The translations under genes were made by a program, and so were the position numbers. The notes beneath the pieces are model-generated. The model made no database searches. It worked only from the letters and a program-made list of their open reading frames with translations, and was not told where the DNA came from. From Mobula hypostoma (taxonomy: Eukaryota), in the NCBI RefSeq assembly GCF_963921235.1, contig NC_086097.1, positions 246,266,001-246,330,000 on the forward strand: 64,000 nucleotides of DNA, given 5' to 3'. Positions 1 to 11,619 of the stretch are shown here, piece after piece (within the stretch, counting starts at the first letter, position 1; each line of letters begins with the position of its first letter).

Positions 1-139
1 CGAGTTAAATTTAGGACTGCAGTGAATAAAAGGAAGCCAAGCTAACTTGGGCAGAAGGTATCAGTGGAAGAGTTAATATCCTGTGGCAAATACACAGAGC
101 AAGCAAGCCATGACAAAAAATTGCCTGCTCTTCGAGCAA

Positions 140-335
140 CTCCACTCCAGCCAACACAAGCAGGACTTCCCGGTGGCCAAATATTTTAATTCCAATTCCT
201 ACTCCCGTTCCGATGAATCGGTCCATGGCCTCCCCTTGTGCCAAGGTGAGGCCACCTTCAGTGTGGAGGAGCAACATCTCATATTCCAGCTGAGTACCCT
301 CCAACCTGATGGCATGGATATTGGTTTCTCCCTCC
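140..335 (+). mobile_element. Penelope-like element fragment (GIY-YIG endonuclease C-terminus)
   Basis: Translates to QDFPVAKYFNS...EEQHLIFQLSTLQPDGMDIGFS, the same motif as the larger Penelope copies at 51907-52128 and 54996-55253. Confidence 0.8.
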
Positions 336-351
336 AGCAAACAAATTCCTC

Positions 352-600
352 CTGCTTCTTCCTCACCCAGAGAGTGGTGGATATGTGGAATGCTCTGCCC
401 CAGAAGGCTGTGGAGGCCAAGTCTCTGCATGCTTTCAAGAAAGGGATGGATAGAGCTCTTAAAGATAGCGGAATCAAAGGTTATGGGGATAAGGCAGGAA
501 CTGGATACTGATTGTGGATGATCAGCCATGATCAGAGTGAATGGCGGTGCTGGCTCAAAGGGCCGAATGGCCTACTCCTGCACCTATTGTCTATTGTCCT
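352..600 (+). mobile_element. CR1 LINE 3' end
   Basis: FFxTQRVVDMWNALP...AFKKGMD ORF2 C-terminus, CR1 3' UTR and (CTATTGT)n tail. Confidence 0.85.
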
Positions 601-604
601 CTAT

Positions 605-855
605 TCCCCATTCTGACCTCCCTTCCCTTTTACCCCAACCATGATTCCCCTCTCCCTGCCCCCTTCCCACTCGCAGCCCACAAAAGGCACCCATATCAGA
701 ATCAGGTTTATCATCACTCACACATGTCATGATTTTTTTTTGCAGTAAGAGCAGTACAGTGGAATACATAAGAGTACTACAGGACTGTGCAAAAGACTTA
801 GGTCTCCCTCGCTATACAGTATATATGTGCCCAAGACCTTTGCACAGTACTGTAT
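605..855. mobile_element. Partial copy of the palindromic-TIR Tc1-type non-autonomous element
   Basis: Body matches 24020-24170 and 35050-35215; ends in a ~75-bp hairpin CAGGACTGTGCAAAAG...CTTTGCACAGTACTG flanked by TA. Confidence 0.7.
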
Positions 856-1845
856 ACTATAAGTGAGAAGTAAGATCAGGCAATAAAATTGTAACCCAGT
901 GACCTCCCAGAATCTGTTCTGTTTTCTACTGAGTGGAGTAAATGGATTACTGTCCTGGAGAGACTTCCAGTACATTGCAGAAACTGAGACATTTCAAGAT
1001 AACTGTGGACCACAGTGTGGCCCCGAATTGACGTTACAGCATATTACAGATGGCAGAGATTTGGTCCATCAGATATTGCCTGGATATGCGTCTTATTCCC
1101 AAAATCCAACTTGCTGCTAAGTAGAGGAGAGAATGGTTTAAAATTCTGAGCTCTGTATTTTAGTTCTTAACATACAGTAGAATCTTACAACACCAAATTG
1201 GCCCTTCAGCCTATGATGATGTGTCCCCCTTTTAACCTACTGAAGGTCAATCTAACTCTTAACTCCTACTTGACCCCACCATTTTTCTATCATCCATGTG
1301 CCTGTCTAAGAGTTTCTTAAATATCCCTAATGAATCTGCCTCTAACCTGGAAGTTGTTCCACACACTCACAACTCTCTGTGTAAAGAACTTGCCTCTGAC
1401 GCCCTCCCATACTTTCCTCCAATCACCTTAAAATTATTCCCCCTTGTATTAGCTCGTATTCTTCCTTAGCTGTGTATGCAGATTATTATGGCCACCTGCA
1501 GCCCTATATCAATACCTGTTTCCACCTCCACTCCACTGGCAGACATGCCTTCTACTGCCTAAACCCCTGTTGGGAATCCTCTGCTAAAAGTCTGCACCTT
1601 TCAACTCCTTGAAGTCATGTTTCAAAACCAGTCATTTAAAAAAATTATTTATTTGAATTCTTTGGTTTGGCGTTGCAGTCACTGAAAGCACTTTCTCACA
1701 TTTCCCTCCAATATGGAACCAAGGCATCTTGCCAGTCATGTTCATATGCATTCCCAATGTCATCCTACAATTTCATTCCCCACTTACATCCCTGTGATCT
1801 ATTTTCTCTCACGTTGACATCAATGTCAGCTCAATCCTCCTATTC

Positions 1846-2371
1846 TGAGGAAGACATTCTTGCCATAGAAGGAGTACAAAGAAGGTTCACAGATTGATTC
1901 CTGGGATGGCAGGACTTTCATATGATCAAAGACTGGATTGACTGGGCTTATACTCTCTGGAATTTAGAAGATTGAGGGGGGATCTTATTGAAACATATAA
2001 AATTCTAAAGGGATTGGACAGGCTAGATGTAGGAAGATTGTTCCCGATGTTGGGGAAGTCCAGAACGAGGGGTCACAGTTTGAGGATAAAGGGGAAGCCT
2101 TTTAGGACCGAGATGAGGAAAAACTTCTTCACACAGAGAGTGGTGAATCTGTGGAATTCTCTGCCACAGGAAACAGTTGAGGCCAGTTCATTGACTATAT
2201 TTAAGAGGGAGTTAGATATGGCCCTTGTGGCTAAAGGGATCAGGGTGTATGGCGGGAAGGCTGATACAGGGTTCTGAGTTGGATGAATAGCCATGATCAT
2301 ACTGAATGGCGGTGCAGGCTCGAAGGGCCGAATGGCCTACTCCTGCACCTATTTTCTATGTTTCTATGTTT
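1846..2371 (+). mobile_element. Young 5'-truncated CR1 LINE
   Basis: RGDLIETYKILKGLDRLD...TRGHSL...FFTQRVVNLWNSLP and (TTTCTATG)n tail; nearly identical to 29871-30258. Confidence 0.95.
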
Positions 2372-2429
2372 CCCAAATACAACAGAGGTATTTCAGAGCA
2401 ACTAATTAACCTGTTAACTAGCAGATCCT

Positions 2430-3000
2430 CTGTATGAAGATAAAGGTCAGCTTTATTTGTCATACGTACGTCAAAACATACAGTGAAATGTGTTGTTTGA
2501 TGGGGGCAGCCCGCAAGTAGTAGCAGTAGCCCGCTGCTGCCTGTATGGAGTTTGTACGTTCTCCCCGTGACTGCATGGCTTCCTTCAAGTGCTCCGGTTT
2601 CCACCCAGAGTACAAAGATGCACCAGTTGGTCATTGTACATTGTCCTGTGATTAGGCTAGGGTTAAATCAGTGGTCATTGTAAATCAGTTGGTCATTGTA
2701 AATTGTCCTGTGATTAGGCTAGGGTTAAATCAGTGCTTGCTGGGCAGCGCAGCTCAGCTCAGCAGGCTGGAATATATATTAATAATTAATCAATCAAGTG
2801 CCACTATGTGACAACGTAGCATGCTCAGAACTTACTAACCCCAACCATTGATCTTCGGACTGTGGGAGGAAATGTGAGCACCCAGAGGAAGCCACATGAT
2901 CACGGGGAGAACGTGCAGACTCCTTACAGATGGAGGTAGAAATTGAACCTCAGTTGTACAGATGACACTGTAAAGCGTTACATTACCACGCTGCCTCCTA
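2430..3000. mobile_element. Cluster of tRNA-derived SINE fragments with an internal ~62-bp tandem duplication (2622-2735)
   Basis: GGAGTTTGTACGTTCTCCCCGTGAC...TCCGGTTTCC body recurs throughout the window; GGTCATTGTA..GGGTTAAATCAGT is duplicated. Confidence 0.65.
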
Positions 3001-3332
3001 GGGGAAGCAGGGAGATCCAGAAAAAAAGTGTCTAGTTATATGGGGAGTATGCAAACTCCATACTGAGCTCAGAATGGACATGGTTTTACTGGAGTTAGGG
3101 GCAGCAGTTCGACCTACTGTGGCACCGTTCCCCAACCCCACTGTAAAGAAAGCAATTCTGCTGTTATTACACAGGCCCTCTGTGTAGTTTTTATCTCCTC
3201 ATTGAAGAAATGAATACCACAGAGGAAATGTGATCATGTTGAAAGACCGAAGTGAAAAGATCCCTGGAAGCTAACTGCCTCTGAACGTGATCCTTTCAAT
3301 CTGAAGATACTCTGCAATTTTAAATACAATAT

Positions 3333-3697
3333 ACACTCAGTGATTACTTTAGTAGGTAGTTTATACCTAATAAAGTGGCCACTGAGTGCATGTTTGTGGT
3401 CTTCTGCTGCTGTAGCCCATCCACTTCAAGGTTTGATGTGTTGAGCAAACGTTCTCTTCTGCATATCACTATTTATAGTGGGTGGTTATCTGAGATACTG
3501 TCGTCTTCCAGTCTGCATGAACCAGTCTGGCCATTCTCTTTTGGCCTCTGTCATTAACAAGGCATTTTCACCCACAGAACTATCACTCAGTGGATGTTTT
3601 TGTTTTTTGCACCATCCTCTGTAACCTCTAGAGACTGTCGTGCTTGAAAATCCCAGGAGATCAGCAGTTTCTGAGATACTCGAACCACCCCATCTCC
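3333..3697 (-). mobile_element. Tc1-derived non-autonomous element fragment
   Basis: TACACTCAGTG end; minus-strand SISETADLLGFS.TTVSR.YR.W helix-turn-helix relic; same family as 35313-35655 and 43160-43545. Confidence 0.75.
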
Positions 3698-3708
3698 TAT
3701 AAAAAGTA

Positions 3709-3810
3709 TGTCCTGACGAAGGGTCTCGGCCTGAAACGTCGACTGCGCCTCTTCCTACAGATGCTGCCTGGCCTGCTGCGTTCACCAGCAACTTTGATGT
3801 GTGTTGCTTC
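3709..3810 (+). ncRNA. Short Penelope 3'-end insertion with a minimal hammerhead ribozyme (core intact)
   Basis: gtc-CTGACGA-a-gggt(ctcg)gcct-GAAA-C-GTC-gac at 3710-3743. Confidence 0.7.
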
Positions 3811-5372
3811 AACCCACATGGAAGTTTTCAGATTGTTTTACAACATTGAATCACAGTGGCTTTAATTAGGCTTTTTTGACACTGATGAACAGAAAAGACT
3901 CTTGTCAAAGTGAAAACAGATCTCTACCAATTGGTCTAAATCAATTACAATTATTAAACACAAAATAATTGATTGCATAATTACTCAAATCTTTCAATGT
4001 CAGTATTTAGCAGATGCGCCTTTTGCAGCAATTACAGCCTTAAATCTGTGTGGATAGGTCTCTATCAGTTTGCACATCTGGACACTACAATTTTTCCCCA
4101 TTCCACTTTACAAAACTGCTCAAGCTCTGCCAGATTACATGGGGATCGTGAGTGAACAGCCCTTTTCAAGTCCAGCCACAAATTCTCAATTGGATTGAGG
4201 TCTGGACTCTGACTTTGCCACTCCAGGACATTAACTTTGTTGTTTTTAAGCCATTCTTGTGTAGCTTTGGCTTTATGCTTGAGGTCATTGTCTTACTGCA
4301 AAAGAGATCGTTTGCCAAGTTGCAGTTCTCTGGTTTTCCTCCAGGATTTCCCTGTATTTTGCTGCATTCATTTTACCCTCTACCTTCACAAGCCTTCCAG
4401 GGCCTGTTGCAGTGAAGCATCCCCACAGCATGATGCAGCCATTACCATACTTCACGATAGGGATGATGTTTTTTCATGATGTGCAGTGTTTGGCTTATGC
4501 CAAGCATGACATTTAGTCTGATGGACAGAAATCTAACAGAAGACCACAGAACTTCTTCCAGCTGACTTTAGAGTCTCCCACATGCCTTCTGGCAAACTCT
4601 AGATAAGATTTCAAGTGAGTTTTTTTTTCAACAGCGGCTTTCTCTTCGTCACTCTCCCATCTGGTGGAGCACCTGTGCATACAACAACTGTTGCCCAGTC
4701 TCTCCCATCTCAGCCACTGAAGCTTGTAACTCCTCCAGAGCTGGCATAGGTCTCTTGGTGGCCTCCCTCACTAGTCCCCTTCTTGCATGGTCAGTTTTTG
4801 AGGACGGCCTGCTCTAGGCAGATTTACAGCTGTGCCATATTCTTTCCATTTCTTGATGATTGACATCACTGTACCCTGAGGGATATTCAATGATTTGGAA
4901 CATTTCTTGTATCCATCCCCTGACTTGTGCTTTTCAATAACCTTTTTGTGGAGCTGCTTGGAGTGTTCTTTTGTCTTCATGGTGTAGTTTTGGCCAGGAT
5001 ACTGACTCACCAGCAGTTGGACCTTCCAGTTACAGGGGTATTTTTACTACAATCAATTGAAACACCTTGACTGCACACAGGTGATCTTCATTTAACTTAT
5101 TATGTGACTTCTAAAACCAATTGGCTGCAGCAGTGATGATTTGGTGTGTCATATTAAAGGGGGTAAATACTTGGGATGCAATCAATTATTTTGTGTTTTA
5201 TATTTGTATTTAATTTAGATCATTTTATGGAGATCTGTTTTCTCTCTGACATGGAAGAGTCTCTTCCTGTTGATCAGTGTCAAAAAATGTCAAATTAAAT
5301 CCACTGTGATTCAATGTTGTAAAACAATAAAACATGAAAACTTCCAAAGGGGTGAATACTTTTCACAGGCCT
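3811..5372 (-). mobile_element. Near full-length degenerate Tc1-like transposon with long (~200-bp) TIRs
   Basis: Inverted repeats at ~3811-3993 and ~5156-5372; transposase starts MKTKEHSKQL...GYKKCSKSLNIP...GRPQKL (ATG at 4980) and is frameshifted down to ~4000. Confidence 0.9.
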
Positions 5373-5374
5373 AT

Positions 5375-5680
5375 AATATATAAAATAGTTAAATTAATTA
5401 AGTAATGAAAAAAGAAAAATAAAAAAGTAGTGAGGTACTGTTCTTGGGTTCAATGTCCATTTAGAAATTGGACGACAGAGGGGAAGAAGCTGTTTTTGAA
5501 TTATTGAGTGTGTGCCTTTGGGCTTCTGTACCTCCTTCCTGATGGCAGCAATGAGAACAAGGCATGACCTGGGTGATGGGGGTCCTTAAAGATGAACACT
5601 GCCTTTCTGAGGCATTGCTCCTTGAAGATGTCCTGGATATTACGGAGGTTAGTGCCCATGATGGAGATGACTAAGTTTAC
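5375..5680 (-). mobile_element. Rex1/Babar-type LINE 3' fragment
   Basis: KDPHHPGHALFSLLPSGRRYRS motif. Confidence 0.8.
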
Positions 5681-6019
5681 AATAATTTGCCCACCTGTTA
5701 AGTAAGACTCAGATAAATATGTTGTATATTCAAAATCTTTCAATTAAACATGTGTAGAGGCAAAACAGAGCTATATATCATGACCGCAAGTATCCCCAGA
5801 GATGGTCTCATTTTGCCAAAATAACTTTTTCAGATGTTAAGTAGATATTGTGCTTATGGTGAACATAAGGTGACATCAGAAGGAATTTCCTGGCCATGTT
5901 TTGATATCATTTCTAGGGACTACAATTTTACGTCTTTCATCAAACTGACCTTGATAAAGATGCTTATCCATAATTGGATTTTGCAATACAGATACTGGAG
6001 ATTTTATTTTTGTTTTCTT

Positions 6020-6590
6020 TGGTTCCTTAAGGTTGTTACAGCTGGAGAAGGTCATGGAGTCAAGCTCCCACGAACTATTAAACTTTCCCAATGGCGTGTG
6101 TTTCAGTAGCCTCCGACAACCAAGTCCAGCTCCTGGCCTTCACGTGTGACTTAGCTACTAATTTCTACTGACAGAAGAAGGGGCAATGAAAGATTACTGC
6201 TGACTTAAAGCCAGTTGCTTCAGGCAGAGGGGTCTCGGTGGCAGCTCAACTAGGAGAAGGAAGAAAAGATTATCTCAAGCCTCCACTGCCTTGTGGCCAT
6301 ACCCACTTATGGGGAAGGCATTGGGAGTGAACCCTGAGGAAAAATCCAGAGCTGGAGTCCCTAAGGCAGATCTATGCTGTTCAATGTTGAATAGCAGCTC
6401 CTGTGATGCCACTGGTGTCAAACCGTGTCGGTCTCTGTCGTTACTTTGGATTCATGGAGAGGGGGAGCCTGCTGCATGGGCAACAGCTTGCTTTCCATAC
6501 CATACTGCCCTGTCTTGCATATGGGCTTACGTTTTACATAAACAGGTGGGATGCAACATCAATAGTCAACCCTGACAACAGAAGGCCTCA
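6020..6590 (+). mobile_element. ~580-bp non-autonomous retroelement with an RTE/Vingi-like 5' UTR head (family A)
   Basis: Colinear with 8825-9410, 27590-28195, 40795-43158 and 57464-61290; contains the CTAGGAGAAGGAA motif. Confidence 0.75.
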
Positions 6591-6644
6591 TTATTTTTGT
6601 TTTTATTTTTATTTGTTTTGGGATACAGCGAAGTAACAGATCCT

Positions 6645-7612
6645 TCCTTTGCAGCGCTAGCGGCCATTGATCAGGGTTCAATTCCTGGCACTGTCTTTAA
6701 GGAGTTTTGACATTCTCTCCATGACTGCGTGGGTTTCCACAAAGGTGCTCTGGTTTCCTCCCACACTCCAAAGACGTATGGGTTAGGGCTAGCAGTATCT
6801 GTCATGCGATGTTGATGCTGAAAGCATGGTGGCACTTGCGGGCTTCCCGCAGCACCATTCTCGGTATATCAGTCATTGACGCAGAGCAGTGCATTTCACT
6901 GTATGTTTTGACACTTCAATGTAAGTGTGGCAAATAAAGTTCACCTTTATCCTTAGGATCTATTTTCCCTGCCTAATGAGCCCGTGCCACCCAATCAAAC
7001 AAAACGTTGCTGCAAGAAAGCAGCATCCAACATCAGGGACCCCCACCATCGAGGTCATGCTCCCTTCATGCTGCTGCCATTCAGAAAGGTATAGGAGCCT
7101 GAGGACCTACACCCACTAGTTATTATCCCTCAACCATCAGGCTCCCGAACCAGAGGGGATAACTTCACTCAACTTCACTTCTTCGTTGAAATGTTCCCAC
7201 AATCTATGGACTCAATCCCAAGGACTCCTCATCTCATGTTCTTGATATTTATTATTTATTTATATATTATTGTTATTTCTTTCTTTCTGTATTTGCAGTT
7301 TGCTGTCCGTTGCAGACTGGCTAAAAGCCCAAGTCTTTCATAGATTCCAGTATGTTTATTATTCTATTATGGATTTATGGAGTATGCCAGCAAGAAAATG
7401 AATCTCAGGGTTGTATATAGTGAAATAAATGTCCTTTCATAATAAATTTACTTTAAACTTTCAACTTTGAAGCTACTAACTTGATCTTCTTTGGGAGGAA
7501 ACCGTAACACTCGGAAAAAAGCAGAGGTCATGAGGAGAATGTACAAACTCCTTACAGAGAGAGGTGTAATTAAACCCCATTCACTGGCACTGTAACTGCT
7601 ACGCTACCATGC
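6645..7612. mobile_element. tRNA-SINE (+), Rex-type tail (+) and SINE (-) fragments
   Basis: B-box GGTTCAATTCC at ~6676; AATCTCAGGGTTGTATA..AATAAATTTACTTT tail. Confidence 0.6.
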
Positions 7613-7764
7613 CCTATAAATATATATTATTAGAGCAAATGAGATCTCTAATTTAAACCGTTGTATACAGTGGCAGAGTCACTGTGATGACCTTAGCTTT
7701 CACTTTTACGGACAGATTACTTGGAAATTATGATATCATACACACTTTTGCAGAGAAGTAAATT

Positions 7765-8140
7765 CTTCAAACCTATCGAATGATGAAAGGCCTTGAGAAA
7801 GTGGATGTGGAGAGGATGTTTCCTATGGTGAGAGTGTTTAAGACCAGAGGACACAGCCTCAAAATAAAGGGGTATCCTTTTAGAACAGAAATAAGGAGAA
7901 ATTTCTTTAGCCAGAGAGTGGTGAATCTGTGGAATTCGTTGCCACAGGTAGCTGTGCAGGCCAAGTCTTTATGTATATTTAAGGCAGAGGTTGATAGATT
8001 CTTCATTGGTCAGGGCACGAAAGGACACGGGAGGAAGGCAGGAGATTGAGTGAGAGAAAAAATGGATCAGACATGATGAAATGTCAGAGCAGACTCAATG
8101 AGCCAAATGGCCTAATTCTGCTGCTATATCTTGTAACCTT
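7765..8140 (+). mobile_element. CR1 LINE 3' fragment
   Basis: KGLEKVDVERMFP...TRGHSL...FFSQRVVNLWNSLP. Confidence 0.9.
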
Positions 8141-8824
8141 AAAGGAACTTAATGACAGACTCATAAGAGACCTATGTGATGTTACATAGGTATAGCACTG
8201 GCATACAGTAGAAAATGTACTTTCTCCCAACAGCATGTTTTGGGAAGTTATTCTTTGATCTGGAGATCCCTATAAATAGTGCCAAACCAAGGGCTAAATA
8301 TTAAAACAGATTTTGTAATTGCTACAGATGTAAACAAGATTAAGAAGTGCTGGAAATCTTGGGCCATGTTGCATCTGTGTCACTGTTAACTTCTGATAAG
8401 TGTTCATGCATGGGAAGGAAAATACCGTCCGAGACCTGGGCAGCAAGGTAGCACAGTGGTTAGAGCGTAACGCTATGACAGCAACAGCTGCACAGGATCG
8501 GAAAGAGCTGCAGAAAGTCGGAAACTCAGCCAGTTCCATCATGAGCACTATCCTCCGCAGAAGGCGATGACTCAAAAAGGTGGCATTCATCATTGATGGC
8601 CCTCATCACCCACGACATTTCCTCTTCTCATTGCTACCAACAAGGAGGAAGTACAGGAGCCCGAAGACATACAGTCAGCGTTTCAGAAACAGCTTCATCT
8701 CCTCCTCCATCACATTTCTGAATGGATAATGAACCCACAAACACTATGTCACTATTTTTCTCTACTTTTGTTCTACTTTAACTTTTTAATATATATATAC
8801 TTATTGTATTTTATAGATTTTTAC

Positions 8825-9410
8825 TGTTAAGGTTGTTTTAGCCAGGAGTGGTAATGGAGACAAGCTCCCACTACCTATTAAATGCTCCCAATGGCGTGCA
8901 CCTCAAATAGCCTCTGACAACCAAGTCCAGCTCCTGGCCTTCGTGTGTGGCTTAGCTACTAAGCCTGGGGGAACCGTTCCTACTGACAGGAGAAGAGGCA
9001 AAGGCTGGTTACTGGTGCCTTAAAACCAGTCACTTCAGGCAGATGGGATTCATTAGCTGTGATTGGCAACTCACCTAGGAGAAGGAAAACTCTGATCTCA
9101 AACCTCTGGTGCTTAGCGGCTATACCCACTCATGGGGAAGGCTTCAGGAATAAACCGCGAGGGAGAAATCCAGAGCTGGAGACCCTAAGGCAGTCCTACA
9201 TTGAGTTCAACGCTGACTGGCAATTCCTGCGATGCTGCTGGTACCAAACTGTATGGGTCTCTGCTGTTCCTTTGGGTTCATCAAATGCATGGAGAGGGGG
9301 AACTTGCTACACGGGCAACAGCTTGCTCTCCATATTGTACTGCCCTGGCTTGTGTATCTAGACAGATAGTACACAACATCCATAGTCAACCCTGACTGAT
9401 GGAGGCCCTC
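8825..9410 (+). mobile_element. Family A non-autonomous retroelement, best-preserved copy
   Basis: Colinear with the other family A copies; inserted into a Rex-type 3' tail (8485-8820 / 9420-9552). Confidence 0.8.
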
Positions 9411-9744
9411 ATCCTCAATATTATGTATTGCAATTTCCTTCTGTAGGAAAATTCACCAAGATCCTACGTCATACTACACGGCACATAATGCACTGCTGCC
9501 ACAAAACAACAAATTTCACACTATACGCAGGTCAGATTAAACCTGATTCTGATCCTGCCCCTGCCTGTAAGATGTTTGCACTTTCTCCCCGTGACGGCAA
9601 GGGTTTCCTCAGGTGGCCCGGTTTCCTCCCACATACCGAAGGTGTACAGTTTAGCAGGTTAATTTGTCACACGCATGTAAGGGGGCATGTTGGACCAAAA
9701 GGGCCTGTTACAATGCTGTATCACTGAAAAAAATTGATAAACAC

Positions 9745-10350
9745 AAGCAACACACATCAAAGTTTCTGGTGAACGCAGCAGGCCAGGCAGCATCTCTAGG
9801 AAGAGGTAGAGTCGACGTTTCAGGCTGAGACCCTTCGTCAGGACTAACTGAAGGAAGAGTTAGTAAGAGATTTGAAAGTGGGAGGGGAAGGGGGAGATCC
9901 AAAATGATAGGAGAAGACAGGAGGGGGAGGGATGGAGCCAAGAGCTGGACAGGTGATTGGCAAAGGGGATATGAGAGGATCATGGGACAGGAGGCCTGGG
10001 GAGAAAGACAAGGGGGAGGGGGAACCCAGAGGATGGGCAAGGGGTATAGTCAGAGGGACAGAGGGAGAAAAAGGAGAGTGAGAGAAAGAATGTGTGTATA
10101 AAAATAAATAACGGATGGGGGTACAAGGGGGAGGTGGGGCATTAGCAGAAGTTAGAGAAGCCAGTGTTCATGCCATCAGGTTGGAGGCTACCCAGACGGA
10201 ATATAAGGTGTTGTTCCTCCCACCTGAGTGTGCCTTCATCTTTACAGTAGAGGAGGCCATGGATAGACATGTCAGAATGGGAATGGGATGTGGAATTAAA
10301 ATGTGTGGCCACTGGGAGATCCTGCTTTCTCTGGCGGACAGAGCATAGGT
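9745..10350 (-). mobile_element. Young Penelope-like element 3' part with hammerhead motif (9810-9845)
   Basis: Near-identical reverse complement of 55060-55660; minus strand reads agtc-CTGACGA-agggtctcagcct-GAAACGTC-gact. Confidence 0.9.
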
Positions 10351-10385
10351 GACTGCAAATAGTGGAAATCTTGAGTAACTTGTTA

Positions 10386-10694
10386 AGGCATCCGTTAGTC
10401 TTGCGAGACCATGGATCTGCACCTGGAAAGTCTTCACTCTCCAGGGCGGAAGCCTGGGCAAGGTTGTATGGAAGACCAGCAGTTGCCCATGCTGCAAGTC
10501 TCCCCTCTCCATGACACCAATGTTGTCCAAGGGAAGGGCATTAGGACCCATACAGCTTGGCACCAGTGTCGTCGCAGAGCAATGTGTGATTAAGTGCCTT
10601 GCTCAAGGATACAACATGTTGCCTCGGCTGGGGCTCAAACTCACGACCCTCAGGTCGCTAGTCCAATGCCTTAACCGCTTGGCCACGTGCCCAC
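10386..10694 (-). mobile_element. tRNA-derived SINE (family B)
   Basis: Minus strand has A-box TGGCCAAGCGG, B-box GTTTGAGCC and CCTTGAGCAAGGCACTTAA core; second copy at 27250-27545. Confidence 0.85.
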
Positions 10695-11199
10695 GACTCT
10701 TGAGTAACATACACAAAACTATGGAGGGAGCTGACTGGGTCAGGTAACATCTATGGAAGGGAAAATACAGTTAACGATTCAGGCTGAGACCCTTCAGGGC
10801 TGGAAAAGAAGGGAGCAGTAACCATAATAATAAGGTGTGGGGAGGGGAAAACATACGAGCTGGCAGGTGATAGGTGAGACCAGGTGAAGAGGAAGGTGGG
10901 TTGCAGAGGGAGGGGAAATGAAGTGTGAAGGTAAGAGCAGAGCCTCAGGAGCCACAACATAGAGTTCAGGAACAGCTACTACCCCTCACACGTCAGGCTC
11001 TTGAACCAGAGGGGATAACTTCACTCAACTTCACTCGCCCCAATGCTGAACTGTTCCCACAACTTGACTGAGGTCCTCCGTTGGTCGCAGTTGACCATGG
11101 ATATCATGTACTAGCTGTCTACGTGATACGCAAACCAGGGCTCTATAATGTGGAGTAAAAAGCTTGAGCTCACTCAATATATTATATATGTGTGTGTTA

Positions 11200-11619
11200 C
11201 AGCTCTGTAAAACTCTGGTGAGACCACATTTGGAATATTGCGCTCCATTCTGGTTTCCTCATTATAGGAAGGATGAGAAAGCTTCGATAGGGTGCAAAGG
11301 AGATTTACTTGGACGCTGCCTGGATTAGAGAGCATGGCTGTGGAGTCAGGCTGAGTGAGCTAGGGCTTTTCTCTTTGGAGTAAAGGAGGATGACAGGTGA
11401 CTCGATAAAGGTGTACAAGATGATAAGGGGCGTAGATAGAGTGGACAGCCAGAGACCTTTTCCCCAGGTCAGAAATAGGTAATACAAGGGGGCATAATTT
11501 TAAGGTGATTGGAGGGAAGTATAGTTTTTTCACACATAGATTTGAGAAATTCTTAGATAGGCACACCGATGCTAGAAAAGTGGAGAGCTATGTGGGAGGA
11601 AAGGGTTAGATTGATCTTA
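11200..11619 (+). mobile_element. CR1 fragment, left part, continuing at 15154-15258 after the RTE insertion
   Basis: LVRPHLEYC..FW.P.YRKD relic; the 3' UTR is restored when the insertion is removed at TSD AGATTGATCTTA. Confidence 0.85.

Noticed and set aside
83..511. 142-aa ORF fusing Penelope GIY-YIG and CR1 C-termini
   Set aside because: Chance in-frame junction of two decayed fragments with a non-ATG start.
5834..6109. 91-aa ORF after an acceptor-like tract
   Set aside because: No recognisable domain, and its end runs into a family A repeat.
10600..10694. tRNA gene
   Set aside because: A and B boxes are present, but the sequence continues into a SINE body and has no proper cloverleaf or terminator.
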